DNA of 41,297 nucleotides from a bacterium (GTDB lineage Bacteria > Hinthialibacterota > Hinthialibacteria > Hinthialibacterales > Hinthialibacteraceae): positions 1 to 41,297 of the forward strand of contig CAXXSM010000120.1 of NCBI GenBank assembly GCA_963663405.2. The letters are read 5' to 3'. Shown piece after piece: positions 9,651-19,829 of this stretch. The notes beneath the pieces are model-generated. The model was not told the origin of the DNA. It saw nothing but the letters and a program-made list of their open reading frames with translations, and made no database searches. How positions within the stretch are numbered: the first letter of the stretch is position 1; each line of letters begins with the position of its first letter. Made by a program: the position numbers and the translations under genes.

Positions 9651-10964
9651 TTATATATGGTACAACGCGCCACGGCCAGGACGGCTGAGGAGGCGGTTGG
9701 CTTCATTGTCGTTTTTCACTCGTTCATTCTTCCAGTCCCATTCCAACTTACGTCCGAGGATATAGGACAGGTTCCCTAAAATGCAGAGGTAAGCGGTCTT
9801 CGCGCCCGCTTCAATATTCATGATTGGTTTTTCACGAGTGCGGATACAGTTTTCAAAGTTTTCCCGGTGGCCGGGGCTGTGGAAGGGATGGACACCGCCC
9901 GGCGGGATCTGATAATCCTTCGCTTTCTGTTCCGTGTCCGTTTCGGCGGTATCGCCATAGGTAATGACAACCGTATCTTTATCACCCCAGTACTTCGCGC
10001 CGTAAGATTGTCGAACCCATTTAAAATCTTTAACCTCTTCGGGCATCTTGCCAGGCATGTTCCAGCTTAACGTCCAATCCGGATCTTTGAATTCATAAAT
10101 AATTTTCATTTCGCGCGGGCTGTCGTACATGCCGTCATACCAAGGATCGCAGACCGCTTCCACGCTGACGGGTCCGGTGTTATCCGCTTGCATCACCCAG
10201 AGCGCCACGCTCATCACATGCGCTCCCCGGTCACGGATTTGGCCGCCGCCCGAGAAGAGCATCCAACGAAACGCTCCGTGGGTCCGGCGCCGGTTATACG
10301 GTATCCATCGCGCGGGTCCAATCCATTTATCGTAATCCAGCTCGGGGGGTGGATCGGAATTTGGTGTCCAGTCCCCTTTGGGATTTTCATAATGCCAGCA
10401 TTCCACATGTTTGACTGTCCCGCATTGCCCGTTCTGGACATACTTGCAGCCATGATAGGCGCCTTCCTGCGAACGCCCCTGCGAGCCTATTTGGACGACG
10501 CGCGCGTAGCGGTTCGCCGCGTACACCATCGCCTGACCTTCTTCGACGGTTTTGCACGCGGGTTTCTCACAATACACATCTTTCCCCGCTTCGCAGGCGT
10601 GGATTGTATGCAGCGCATGCCAGTGATCGGGTGACGCGATAAAAACGGCGTCGATATCTTTTTGATCGAGCAGATCGCGGTAGTCCCGATACAAACGCGG
10701 TTCCCCGCCTACGCGTCTTGCGGCTTCCGCAAGGCGCTTCTCATCGATATCGCACAGCGCCACCGAGTGCCCAGGCCGTAAGAATCCCCGGCCCCGGCCG
10801 CCGATCCCGATATGCCCAAACACAATCTTATCGCTGGGCGGTGGCTCTAACTGTGAACCGAATACCTTATTCGGAACAATCTGAAACGCGGTCACACTCC
10901 CCGCCGCGACCGCTGTTCCCGCCAAAAACCGGCGTCTTGAAACTTGATTCTTCTTCTCCGTCAT
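9651..10964 (-). CDS. Tat-exported Gfo/Idh/MocA family oxidoreductase
   Basis: SRRRFL Tat motif; GIGGRG, IASPDHWH, YCEKP, QIGSQGRS, WIGPA motifs. Confidence 0.93.
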   Translation of the reverse strand: MTEKKNQVSRRRFLAGTAVAAGSVTAFQIVPNKVFGSQLEPPPSDKIVFGHIGIGGRGRGFLRPGHSVALCDIDEKRLAEAARRVGGEPRLYRDYRDLLDQKDIDAVFIASPDHWHALHTIHACEAGKDVYCEKPACKTVEEGQAMVYAANRYARVVQIGSQGRSQEGAYHGCKYVQNGQCGTVKHVECWHYENPKGDWTPNSDPPPELDYDKWIGPARWIPYNRRRTHGAFRWMLFSGGGQIRDRGAHVMSVALWVMQADNTGPVSVEAVCDPWYDGMYDSPREMKIIYEFKDPDWTLSWNMPGKMPEEVKDFKWVRQSYGAKYWGDKDTVVITYGDTAETDTEQKAKDYQIPPGGVHPFHSPGHRENFENCIRTREKPIMNIEAGAKTAYLCILGNLSYILGRKLEWDWKNERVKNDNEANRLLSRPGRGALYHI

Positions 10965-11109
10965 CGTTTTACCTCATTTCGTTTTATTCATCAATGAAAT
11001 CTTAAGAAACCTGCGTTCTACTTTTCGATCGGGCGCCAAGAGCGTTGTTATGTTGCCCTTGCGTAATTCCAAACACCATTAAACCGGCCATTTTTCAAAA
11101 AACAATTCT

Positions 11110-11802
11110 CTACTCCGATGAGTTCGCCTTAGGTTTCACCGGCTCAAAAATCAAAAAATATTGGTACGGTAAAAACGTCTCTTCTTTCACTAATTTCCAC
11201 CCCGCCTCCTTCATCTCTTCCATTACGACGGACTTCGCAATCGTATGACTCGGTGGCGGTCCAACTTCCATCCTCTCCTTCTTCCAATCCACAACCACCA
11301 ATCGTCCGCCTGGACGCAGCAACGGAATCAAGCCTTTATAATATTCCACCCGGTTTTCAAGATGGTGGTTTGTGTCGCAGAAAAAAATCACATCCACGCT
11401 TGCGTAAGGAAGCATGGGCCGGTCCATGGCGGCGTAGACCGTCACAATATTGCTGAGCCCTTCCGCCGCCGCTTTAATTTGAAGGTATTCAAGAAGATTC
11501 GTGGCGAGATCGCAGCAGTACACCACCCCACGTGGTCCCACACGCCGTGCGAAAGGCCGTGAAAAATATCCCGTGCCACCACCGATGTCCGCGATATGAT
11601 CTCCTTCGCGTAATCCCATCGCTTGGATTACTTGATCTACTTTCTGCCATTCGGCGCGGGCATCCCTTTCAAACGACTCTGGACGGTAGTGGTGTTCCCG
11701 CTCACCTTGCGATTCCCCCGTCCAAACTGGACTCCCAAATGTGATGAATAATCCAATCAGTACGCCGAAAATCATCCACAGTTTGTAAACGCCTCGTTTC
11801 AA
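11110..11802 (-). CDS. Class I SAM-dependent methyltransferase with N-terminal signal/TM segment
   Basis: IADIGGGTGYF motif I, LRPGGRLVVVDW; TTG start at 11802 six nt after an AGGAGG RBS. Confidence 0.88.
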   Translation of the reverse strand: MKRGVYKLWMIFGVLIGLFITFGSPVWTGESQGEREHHYRPESFERDARAEWQKVDQVIQAMGLREGDHIADIGGGTGYFSRPFARRVGPRGVVYCCDLATNLLEYLQIKAAAEGLSNIVTVYAAMDRPMLPYASVDVIFFCDTNHHLENRVEYYKGLIPLLRPGGRLVVVDWKKERMEVGPPPSHTIAKSVVMEEMKEAGWKLVKEETFLPYQYFLIFEPVKPKANSSE

Positions 11803-12033
11803 TATCGGCCTCCTTTTCCACGATTTGAGCGTCCTGGATTCGTATCGATCCAAGGAATAGCTAAAAATACATTACCACAATTCCAATAGATACACAATTG
11901 ATCGGGAGATGGCAAAAGAAATTGAAACAGCATCGTTACGTCTCTTTGATTAAACGATAGAGAAGAATTGAGAAGAACGAAATTCTATGATACGCTCAAC
12001 CATTCATCAAACCGAAACAACCGAGGGGAAAAA

Positions 12034-13374
12034 ATGGCTGACAATAAAATACAATCGAGAAATGTCATAGGATTCGTCACTGTTTTGGTATTGTTTCTCG
12101 CACTGACTGGAACGGCGCGTTTATTGGAAGCGAGCGAAAACCAAACAGGAGAATTCTGGCGCTTATATTGGTACGAAGACGGCGTGGAACATGGTAATCC
12201 CAAATTCAACTCCCGGTTCCGGGTCAATGATCCCGCCTCTGTACTTCACCCAACCTACGGCAAACGGATCGAGACACGCGCAAACGGGATGATGCAGATT
12301 CTCATGGAAGAAGATCTCAGTCTTCTCTCCAGCGCCGAACTCTACCTCGAAATCTGGGGCGGTCATCCAGGAACGGCGAATAAGCGCGTTACGGTTAACG
12401 GGCGAGGAACCTATTCAATCCCCGATACCGGCACGGAAAAAGGACATTGCGCGCACGTCTATCCAACCCTTCAGTTATCTATCACAGATCTCGTCAATGG
12501 ATACAACGCGCTGCAATTCGCCTGCGATAAAGGCTCCAGTTTCTGGGGTCATTTTATTGTCGAAAACGCATGTCTCCGCGCTGGCTTGAAACCAAATCAT
12601 CCCAGCCTTGAAGAACAGGGCTTCAGTGATTTCCAAGCCTCCATCAATATAGAACCTTCTCCTGAAAATGAGGAAACGTTTGCGCTATCGCTAGAATGTT
12701 CACAATCCCCACACCCGGAAATTCAACGCGTTGATTACATTGGGTATTACAATGGATACGACGAAAACGGAAATGGAGCCACCTGTGATTGGCATGGAAT
12801 GACGAAAAAAAGAGCTCCCCTGGCGATTCTCGGTACTGTCAAAGAATCTCCCTATCGGTTGGAATGGGATACCCGAATGCTTCCCAGCCAAACTGGAATA
12901 AAAGTAAAAGCCATTGTATATTTCAAAAACAACGAACAGATCATCTACGAAGCGCCCCCAATAACCGATTTACAAATCCCGGAGCGAAATAATGAGGACG
13001 TGGCCCTCTATCCTTGTGAAAACTTCCCCACTCCCTTCTGGTCCCGCGCCAACCGCCTGAAAACCGCTGAGATTCATCTTGATTGCGCTCCTTCGGCGAT
13101 AAAACATGCGCAGCTCCACACCGTCGTCTGGGACGGCGGCCGGGGCGGCGTCACGGATTATTTCAAACTCAACGGTCATCCGCTGCCAGTCGCCGGGGAA
13201 GGCAGACACGATGTGTTGTATACCATCATCGACATCGATCCCACTCTCCTCATGGAAGGATCAAACCAGATCGAACTCCTCTCCAACACAGACCATCACG
13301 GGATCGAGATACTTCTCCCCGGCCCCGCCCTAATGATCCGCCGCGCGAAACAATCCGCGGCCATAAAAAACTGA
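12034..13374 (+). CDS. Secreted beta-rich hypothetical protein with two similar jelly-roll-like domains
   Basis: Signal peptide; LYLEIWGG..VTVNG..LVNGYNALQF resembles LHTVVWDGG..KLNG..LMEGSNQIEL; GAGGGG RBS before ATG 12034. Confidence 0.8.
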   Translation: MADNKIQSRNVIGFVTVLVLFLALTGTARLLEASENQTGEFWRLYWYEDGVEHGNPKFNSRFRVNDPASVLHPTYGKRIETRANGMMQILMEEDLSLLSSAELYLEIWGGHPGTANKRVTVNGRGTYSIPDTGTEKGHCAHVYPTLQLSITDLVNGYNALQFACDKGSSFWGHFIVENACLRAGLKPNHPSLEEQGFSDFQASINIEPSPENEETFALSLECSQSPHPEIQRVDYIGYYNGYDENGNGATCDWHGMTKKRAPLAILGTVKESPYRLEWDTRMLPSQTGIKVKAIVYFKNNEQIIYEAPPITDLQIPERNNEDVALYPCENFPTPFWSRANRLKTAEIHLDCAPSAIKHAQLHTVVWDGGRGGVTDYFKLNGHPLPVAGEGRHDVLYTIIDIDPTLLMEGSNQIELLSNTDHHGIEILLPGPALMIRRAKQSAAIKN

Positions 13375-13379
13375 TATAC

Positions 13380-13403
13380 AATGGAGAGCGGGCGTCCCAC
13401 CCA
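13380..13403 (-). repeat. REP-like GC-rich repeat, copy 2
   Basis: Minus strand TGGGTGGGACGCCCGCTCTCCATT just after a stop codon. Confidence 0.7.
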
Positions 13404-13557
13404 CCAATCCAACCAATAACGAACATGAAAAGAAATCACAACGCGTTAATAAAACATAACTTTTACGATGAGTATAGAAAACAAATTTGAAAACAATAAT
13501 CTAAAAACAGATTCACTCTCCAGGTGAATCCAAAATTTATTGTGTAGGAGCATATTC

Positions 13558-14280
13558 ATGAAATGTAAGTCTTTGAACAACCTTTATCAATTTATTTCTG
13601 TATGGCTCTTCCTCGTTTTTTCATTCGGCTGTATCTCTTCCCAAACAGCGCGTAATGAGCAACCGTTGATTCGGGAGAATATTGAATGGGTTAGAATCTG
13701 GATTCCGAATGCGAATGTAGAGGAAAAACCCCGCGTATTGATTGTCGGCGATTCCATCACGGTAGGGTATTTTCCTGCTGTGGAAAAACGGTTGGAAGAG
13801 ATCGCCTACTGCGCGCGGCTGTCGACTTCTCGCTGTGTTTGTGATCCGGTCTTTTTTGAAGAATTGATCCTCGTGTTAAAACAGTATCCATTCGATGTGA
13901 TTCATTTTAACAATGGTCTGCATGGATTCGGCTATACAGAAGAACAATATGAGAGCGGATTGAAGAAACTCATTTCCGTGTTAGATCAATATGCGGGGGA
14001 CGCGCAATGGATCTGGGCTTATTCGACTCCGATGCGGAACAACGAAAACCTGGATGAACTCGATCCAAAGAACGAACGCGTGATTGAGCGAAACCGGATC
14101 GCGGCGTCGATCGTCGAAGCGGAAGGAATCCCGGTGACGGATTTATATCAACTGTCCATCAGCCATCCGGAACATTTCAGCAACGACGGTGTGCATTTTA
14201 ACAATACAGGAAAAGAGGCGCAGGCGGAATTAGTGGCGCAGCGTGTACGTAAGGTTATCGAAGATACCCCGTCGTTGTAA
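13558..14280 (+). CDS. SGNH/GDSL hydrolase, probably exported or a lipoprotein
   Basis: GDSI block I, FNNGLHG block III, DGVHF block V; N-terminal hydrophobic stretch ending FSFGC; AGGAG RBS. Confidence 0.9.
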   Translation: MKCKSLNNLYQFISVWLFLVFSFGCISSQTARNEQPLIRENIEWVRIWIPNANVEEKPRVLIVGDSITVGYFPAVEKRLEEIAYCARLSTSRCVCDPVFFEELILVLKQYPFDVIHFNNGLHGFGYTEEQYESGLKKLISVLDQYAGDAQWIWAYSTPMRNNENLDELDPKNERVIERNRIAASIVEAEGIPVTDLYQLSISHPEHFSNDGVHFNNTGKEAQAELVAQRVRKVIEDTPSL

Positions 14281-15142
14281 GTTCCCAGGGATTATATCGT
14301 TCGCCCAAGAATAGATAGAAGCGCATCTCATAGTGAGGTTTGGTTGCAGAGATTTTGTCTTTCCAAGGGCCGTCCGCGACTTCGTTAGCATCGGCGAAAC
14401 GCCACTTGACTTTACCTTTTCCACTGATTCCGACCGCTTGGATCAGGAGGGGGGAAAGATCGATTCCCGCTGTGTTTAATACTTTCCGGGGACGTTTCGC
14501 GCCTTTACTCCCCTTCGATCCACGGTAGATATTTAATTTTTTCCCGACATGCGTTTCCGCGTAAGGACGCACCGTGTCGGTTTCATCAAACACATAGTCC
14601 ACATCGTTGACAAACCAAGGGCCGACATCTTCCCATTGCCCAAACGCGCGTTCCCCCGTCTCCACGTTGATAATTTCCACCCAGCGGTTTTTGCATTCCC
14701 CATACCCGCTGTACCCGGGAACCTGGTTATTGAAAGGAAGAGCCAGATAATAGGGATTTTCTTCTCCGAGAGGATCCACATCGTTCCAGGCGGTCTGCTG
14801 TTTGGGATAGAGGGAAATATCGAAGAATGTCGCGGTAACGTTCTTGTGCCATCCCTCGGGATCAATGACGAGGACGGGCGCTGGATCTGCTTTAGAAGGC
14901 TTCGTTGATTCTTGTTGAGGCTGCTCCAATATGGAGGGAACCGTTGTTTCAGGAGAGGAAGACTCGGGAGGCGCCGTCTCCGCGATTGGTGATTCATCTT
15001 TTGGTTTTTCCGTCTCGGAAGGAGAAGAAGGTTTATCCGTTTTGACCAAACCGCCTTCGACGCAGCTCCATAATGGAAGCAGGAGCGCAACCAGAAGTAA
15101 ACAAGTGAGAATCGATAAGAATGTATTTTTTTTCTGTACCAT
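14255..15142 (-). CDS. Lipoprotein with Pro/Ser/Glu linker and RlpA-like double-psi beta-barrel domain
   Basis: Lipobox-like LWSC; low-complexity linker; YLALP, KNRWVEI, WEDVGP and GIDLSP resemble the D-x-GP / IDLS signature of RlpA/DPBB; overlaps the convergent SGNH gene by 26 nt. Confidence 0.65.
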   Translation of the reverse strand: MVQKKNTFLSILTCLLLVALLLPLWSCVEGGLVKTDKPSSPSETEKPKDESPIAETAPPESSSPETTVPSILEQPQQESTKPSKADPAPVLVIDPEGWHKNVTATFFDISLYPKQQTAWNDVDPLGEENPYYLALPFNNQVPGYSGYGECKNRWVEIINVETGERAFGQWEDVGPWFVNDVDYVFDETDTVRPYAETHVGKKLNIYRGSKGSKGAKRPRKVLNTAGIDLSPLLIQAVGISGKGKVKWRFADANEVADGPWKDKISATKPHYEMRFYLFLGERYNPWELTTTGYLR

Positions 15143-15156
15143 GATTAACTCCAAGT

Positions 15157-16023
15157 TTATCGTTTAAAAAGAACGTCTCCAACGGATTGGAAGGGCAACG
15201 GCATCGGGCCGAATGGCGTTTGGACATCCATCACTCCTTCGCAGTCACAATTCGCTTTGGCGCCCGTCAGCGCGCGGACCATCGCCACCCCTAAATTTTG
15301 GGGAGAGAGATTGAGCGGAATTTCGATCATGCCCACACCGCCGTTTTCGGCGAACTTGATCTGTTTGTCAATCCCGGTTGAGGCGATTTCCGTTTCCGCC
15401 AGAGAGAGATTGTAGTTGAAGTGAGAGAGTTCCATGGGGAATTGATTGTTATTGACAACATTGATTCGCAATACGCCACGGGCGGCGTTGAGCGAGAGTT
15501 CCTCCCATTGGATATCTTGAAACCGGATTGTTGGAATCGCGGGAATAGGAAACTGACCGGTATGCTCCAAAGGAAGACGCAAGGATTGGCCCCCCGGCGC
15601 ATCCACGGACATTCCGAGTTTCGCTTCATAGGGAATGATGGAACCGAGTTGGACATCCTGGAGAAATTCAAGGATCTGCGCGAACTGAACCGTGACCGGC
15701 GCTTCGAAGGTTTTGGTCTGGCCAACGGGAATGACGTCTTGAATCTCCGCTTTTCCACTAAAGAACGCGCGATTATCACTCGACAAATTATAATCCATAT
15801 TGGCGAGGGGAAGCGGGACGGAATAGGGATTGTCCAGTTCCACATCAAAAAGAAGCGTGACGGCGTCGATACTCAAATCACTCAACCGGACCCCCAACAC
15901 TTTGGGACTCGGTTTTTGTAAGGACTTTGTGAGCGTTTCAAGGCTTCCACAACCTGTGGAAAGAACAAGAATCAAGGCGGTGGAGAGGATACTCATACAA
16001 GAATTTATGAACAATCGTTTCAT
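15157..16023 (-). CDS. Tandem LEA_2 (WHy domain) lipoprotein
   Basis: Lipobox STGC; two repeats with V.L.NPY..PLP..MDY.L and VVNNNQFPMEL..FNY.L; the start is one of several adjacent ATGs. Confidence 0.85.
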   Translation of the reverse strand: MKRLFINSCMSILSTALILVLSTGCGSLETLTKSLQKPSPKVLGVRLSDLSIDAVTLLFDVELDNPYSVPLPLANMDYNLSSDNRAFFSGKAEIQDVIPVGQTKTFEAPVTVQFAQILEFLQDVQLGSIIPYEAKLGMSVDAPGGQSLRLPLEHTGQFPIPAIPTIRFQDIQWEELSLNAARGVLRINVVNNNQFPMELSHFNYNLSLAETEIASTGIDKQIKFAENGGVGMIEIPLNLSPQNLGVAMVRALTGAKANCDCEGVMDVQTPFGPMPLPFQSVGDVLFKR

Positions 16024-16139
16024 CATCATCACTCCTTTGGCGATTTGTGTACAACTAATTATACTCTATCGAATGAGATGTTTATTGAGAATCCGAATAT
16101 ACGAATCTATTTCTCTTCATTCTTGATGGAAGGAAATGG

Positions 16140-18270
16140 TTATTGGATGTATCCCAACGCGCGTAATTCCTGCTTTTGGGTATCGTTCAACTCTTTTTCG
16201 CTCCCACCTTGCACATTGTATTTTTCACGAATTTGTTTGGAGACGGTCAGATGGTCCTCCAGAATCTTGCGCAGACGATCAATCTCATCGGATTCCGCTA
16301 TCCGCAGGGGGGTAGAGTTCAGCTGGATCGTTTTCTAAATCCAGCAGAATTTCTCGTCCCGTAAGTGAGGCGCGAATGTATTTCAACTCGTCGCTGGTCA
16401 CGGAAACCGAATCCTGTCTTTCATGATGGCCTTCCGAGATAATAGGTTTTACTTCTGGTGGATCATTTAGTTGTTCCCAAAACGGCGGCAAGGGTTGGAT
16501 ATTCGGATCGTCACTTTCATAAGATATCCCGCAAAGTTCTAAAATGGATAAAAATAAACATTGGACGGCGATTCTTGATTTGACATGGTGTTTAACCGCT
16601 GATTGAGGTAATTTGATTAACAACGGAACCCACATCGTTTCATTGTAAAGACTATGATGGTGTCCGTAATCATTGTGCTCCCAAAATTCTTCGCCGTGAT
16701 CACTCGTTAGAATAATGAGAGATTCGTCATAGATCCCAAGCCGTTTCAATTCCGCGATCAATTCGCCGATATTGTCATCAACGTATTCAACTTCAGCGTG
16801 ATACAACGTTTTAATCCATTCCATCTCGGGGACCGTCACGGTTGTATTGTACTTGCCATCAGGAACTTCTGGGTTTCCCGAAAACGACCAGCCGATTCTC
16901 GGTTCTGGTGTCAACCCCTTGAGATATTGGCGAGGGGGAGAATAGGGGGTATGGGGATCAAAGTAGTGAAGCCAAAAGAAGAAATTTTTGTCAGTATTCA
17001 CTTGCAACCAAGAAATCGCCAATTGGGTCAATTTTTCCGTCACATTTTTATCTTTCATCATATGATCGGGTGTGGTGGAAGGGAAGAAATGCTGGAGGGT
17101 AAGAAAGGAGAAAAATGGGAACGTATCTTTCGGGTAAAAATCGCTTTCGATAAATCCCTTGGAAAGACCGTGATGTAGAAAACGATTAAATCCAATCGCA
17201 CTGGTATGATATCCATTATTCCACATAATGTCAGCCAGCGTTGGAAGATTTTCGGGCAGTTGGGAAATGACTCGAGTTCCTTGGTGAACGGTAGGCGAGA
17301 GTCCCGTCATAATGGATATCAAAGAAGGCAGGGTCCATGGCGCGCTTACGATGGCGTTATCAAAAAATATGCTCTCTTCGGCGAGTTGATCGATATGCGG
17401 CGTCGTAGCGCCATCCGGTCCATAACAAGAAAGCGCGGAGGCCCGTAACGTGTCAATCGTGATTAAAATGACTTTATTTATCGAATGCGGCTCGTTTTCT
17501 GAAGGGATTGTATAGACTATGTTTCGAGGAGAAACAAGGAACGTCAGGAACGGAGATAATAGGGCCAAAACGAAAATCACAACGGGTAACCACCTCCGTT
17601 TCGCTGGATTTAACTGGCTGACAAATCGAAGCGAAAGGGTGATTGCAACGAATAAAAAGAGAAACGCTAAAAAGGAACGCGCGGAAAGAAACGAGATTTT
17701 CCAAGAACTGAGCCCATAAATGATCACACAACACTCTGCGATTATCAGCGGGAGCGCCGAACCTAAGACTGATAGGACGCCGTGTATCTTTTCTTCCACT
17801 CCCGGCCTGCTTTTTACACACATATAAAAGATCCCTGTTGACACGAGCGCTAGACTGACTATGTGGCCCCATTGATCAAACGTATCTTTTTTTAAACCTT
17901 CTGGGATGACTGAATAGCCTTTAAGAAATATCCAGAATAGAATGACATTTAAAATAAAGAAAATACTCATATAGAGATAAAAGGGGGTGTCTTTCTTACT
18001 GGCCGGTAATGTAAAAATCTTCTTGAGTGGATAAATAAATACACCCACTATTATGAAATAAATAATAAAAATGAGTACAAAATAGAAGACGATTGATAGG
18101 CTGAGATAGAATGTGATTTGATGAAGAGTGGGAACTGTGGACGATCCTCCTGGATGGATCAATTCTTTTAAAAAGAAATCCACGATTTCGAGCAATCCGA
18201 TCGAAAGACTGGCGGTTATGACGATCCATACGGCTTGCGCGATTGGATTTTTTTTCTTTTTGTCCGTCAT
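16140..18270 (-). CDS. Membrane-anchored sulfatase/alkaline-phosphatase superfamily protein (frameshift near 3' end)
   Basis: Multi-TM N-terminus; ITIDTLRA, APWTLPS, HYFDPHTPY, TSDHGEEF. The given ORF stops at 16285, but removing one base of the G6 run at 16307-16312 continues to ...ELRALGYIQ* at 16140. Confidence 0.85.
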
Positions 18271-18446
18271 GGTCATATTCCTTTCTACATCTTCGCTTGC
18301 GAATCACTTGGTGTGAGTGGCTGGTTGCTTGATTTATAAAAGATCAGTAGTTTATAAAGTACAAAACAAAACTTACTTATTTATTGTATATAACAAGTCG
18401 ATCGGTCTCTATAGTATGTGTTTGTTTGATTTTTTTCGCTTCAGTA

Positions 18447-19829
18447 TTAATGCTTAAAACACCGCATATTGGTCAGAACCATGGTAGCGTTTCTCTCGTT
18501 GCACGCCTGGACCGCGTCCGCGTCCCGCAGGGAGCCGCCGGGTTGGACGATGCCGGAGATACCCTTTTCCAATAGGGTGTCTACACCGTCGCGGAAGGGG
18601 AAAAACGCGTCCGACGCCGCGACCGCGCCTTCCAAACCGCCGTGATGTTCCACCGCTTCATCATCAATTTCCCGCAACGCGCTTTCGCTTTGATTCCCTT
18701 GGCGCACTTCCAGCGCCAGGGCGTCATAATTCATATTATATTTTTTGTATGATAGCAACGCTTTTCGGGAATCGAGAGCTTTGGCGACACATTGCTTCGC
18801 CATCAAGACGCGGTCTTGTCCACCAGCTCCGATAGAGACCGTCGCCAGGTTTTTCGCGGTTAGCACCGAATTGGAAAGGACGCCGGTTTCGACCATCCAA
18901 CCGAACCAGAGGTCTTTCATCTCTTCTTCCGTGGGAGCTCGGTTTAACGAGATGGTCTCACCGGTGCGGACGAGTTTCCCTTTTTCCATGGTCCGGACGG
19001 GGATCTCACGTGGGATTTCCACGCCGTCCGCGAAATCTTGGAACGAGCGGATTACATTCTGGTCCTTCCCGATTGTGGGGCGATAGGACCACTGTTGGAT
19101 AAGAGAGCCATCCGATAGGCTTTTCATATCGAGGAAGCGTGAATTGATGGCTTCGTTCAGATTCGTGATATTTTTGAGCCGGATTACACGAAGGTTTTTC
19201 CGCCGGGCGAGGATGTCAAGGGTTCCCTCTTCGTATTCCGGAGCGCAGATCACTTCATAATACTGCGAGGAGACCGCTTGGGCTGTCTCTTTATCTACAG
19301 CGCGATTCACGACGAGGACACCGCCGAACGGCGCGACCGGGTCCGCTTCCCAGGCTTTGGTATACGCTTCCACCAATGAATCTCCAAGCGCAACACCGGA
19401 TGGATTGTTGTGTTTAATAATGATGGCGCAGGGATATTCATGAAAATGCTTCAGGATCGCCAAACCACTATCGATGTCTGTCAGGTTGATTTTGCCTGGA
19501 TGTTTGCCGGATTGGATCAGCGCTTCGGTATCCATCGCGCCGATAAGACCTTTTTCTGGATGGACAAATTCGACGCCCGCCAGGATCAAGTTTCCATTAA
19601 TTGGGCGGTACAGCGCCGCTTCCTGGCCTGGATTTTCTCCATATCGCAGCCCTTTTTCTTCCGGGACTCCGTTGGAATCGGGGATGGTCCATGTAACCTT
19701 TTCATAGAGACAGACCTGCGCCTGCGTGGCTTTCAGCGTATCGATATCACTGGGCGTATCGGTGAATCCCGCGAAGAAATAGTTAGGGAAATGATCATCT
19801 ACGATTTTTGAGTATTGCTTGATGTCCAT
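18447..19829 (-). CDS. purH: PurH-family AICAR transformylase lacking the N-terminal IMP cyclohydrolase domain
   Basis: LRYGENPGQEAALY, KHNNPSGVA, FGG, SNSV, GQDRV, ASDAFFPFRDG, QPGGS, RCFKH; no ALxSVxDK/GRVKTLHP N-terminal domain. Confidence 0.88.
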   Translation of the reverse strand: MDIKQYSKIVDDHFPNYFFAGFTDTPSDIDTLKATQAQVCLYEKVTWTIPDSNGVPEEKGLRYGENPGQEAALYRPINGNLILAGVEFVHPEKGLIGAMDTEALIQSGKHPGKINLTDIDSGLAILKHFHEYPCAIIIKHNNPSGVALGDSLVEAYTKAWEADPVAPFGGVLVVNRAVDKETAQAVSSQYYEVICAPEYEEGTLDILARRKNLRVIRLKNITNLNEAINSRFLDMKSLSDGSLIQQWSYRPTIGKDQNVIRSFQDFADGVEIPREIPVRTMEKGKLVRTGETISLNRAPTEEEMKDLWFGWMVETGVLSNSVLTAKNLATVSIGAGGQDRVLMAKQCVAKALDSRKALLSYKKYNMNYDALALEVRQGNQSESALREIDDEAVEHHGGLEGAVAASDAFFPFRDGVDTLLEKGISGIVQPGGSLRDADAVQACNERNATMVLTNMRCFKH

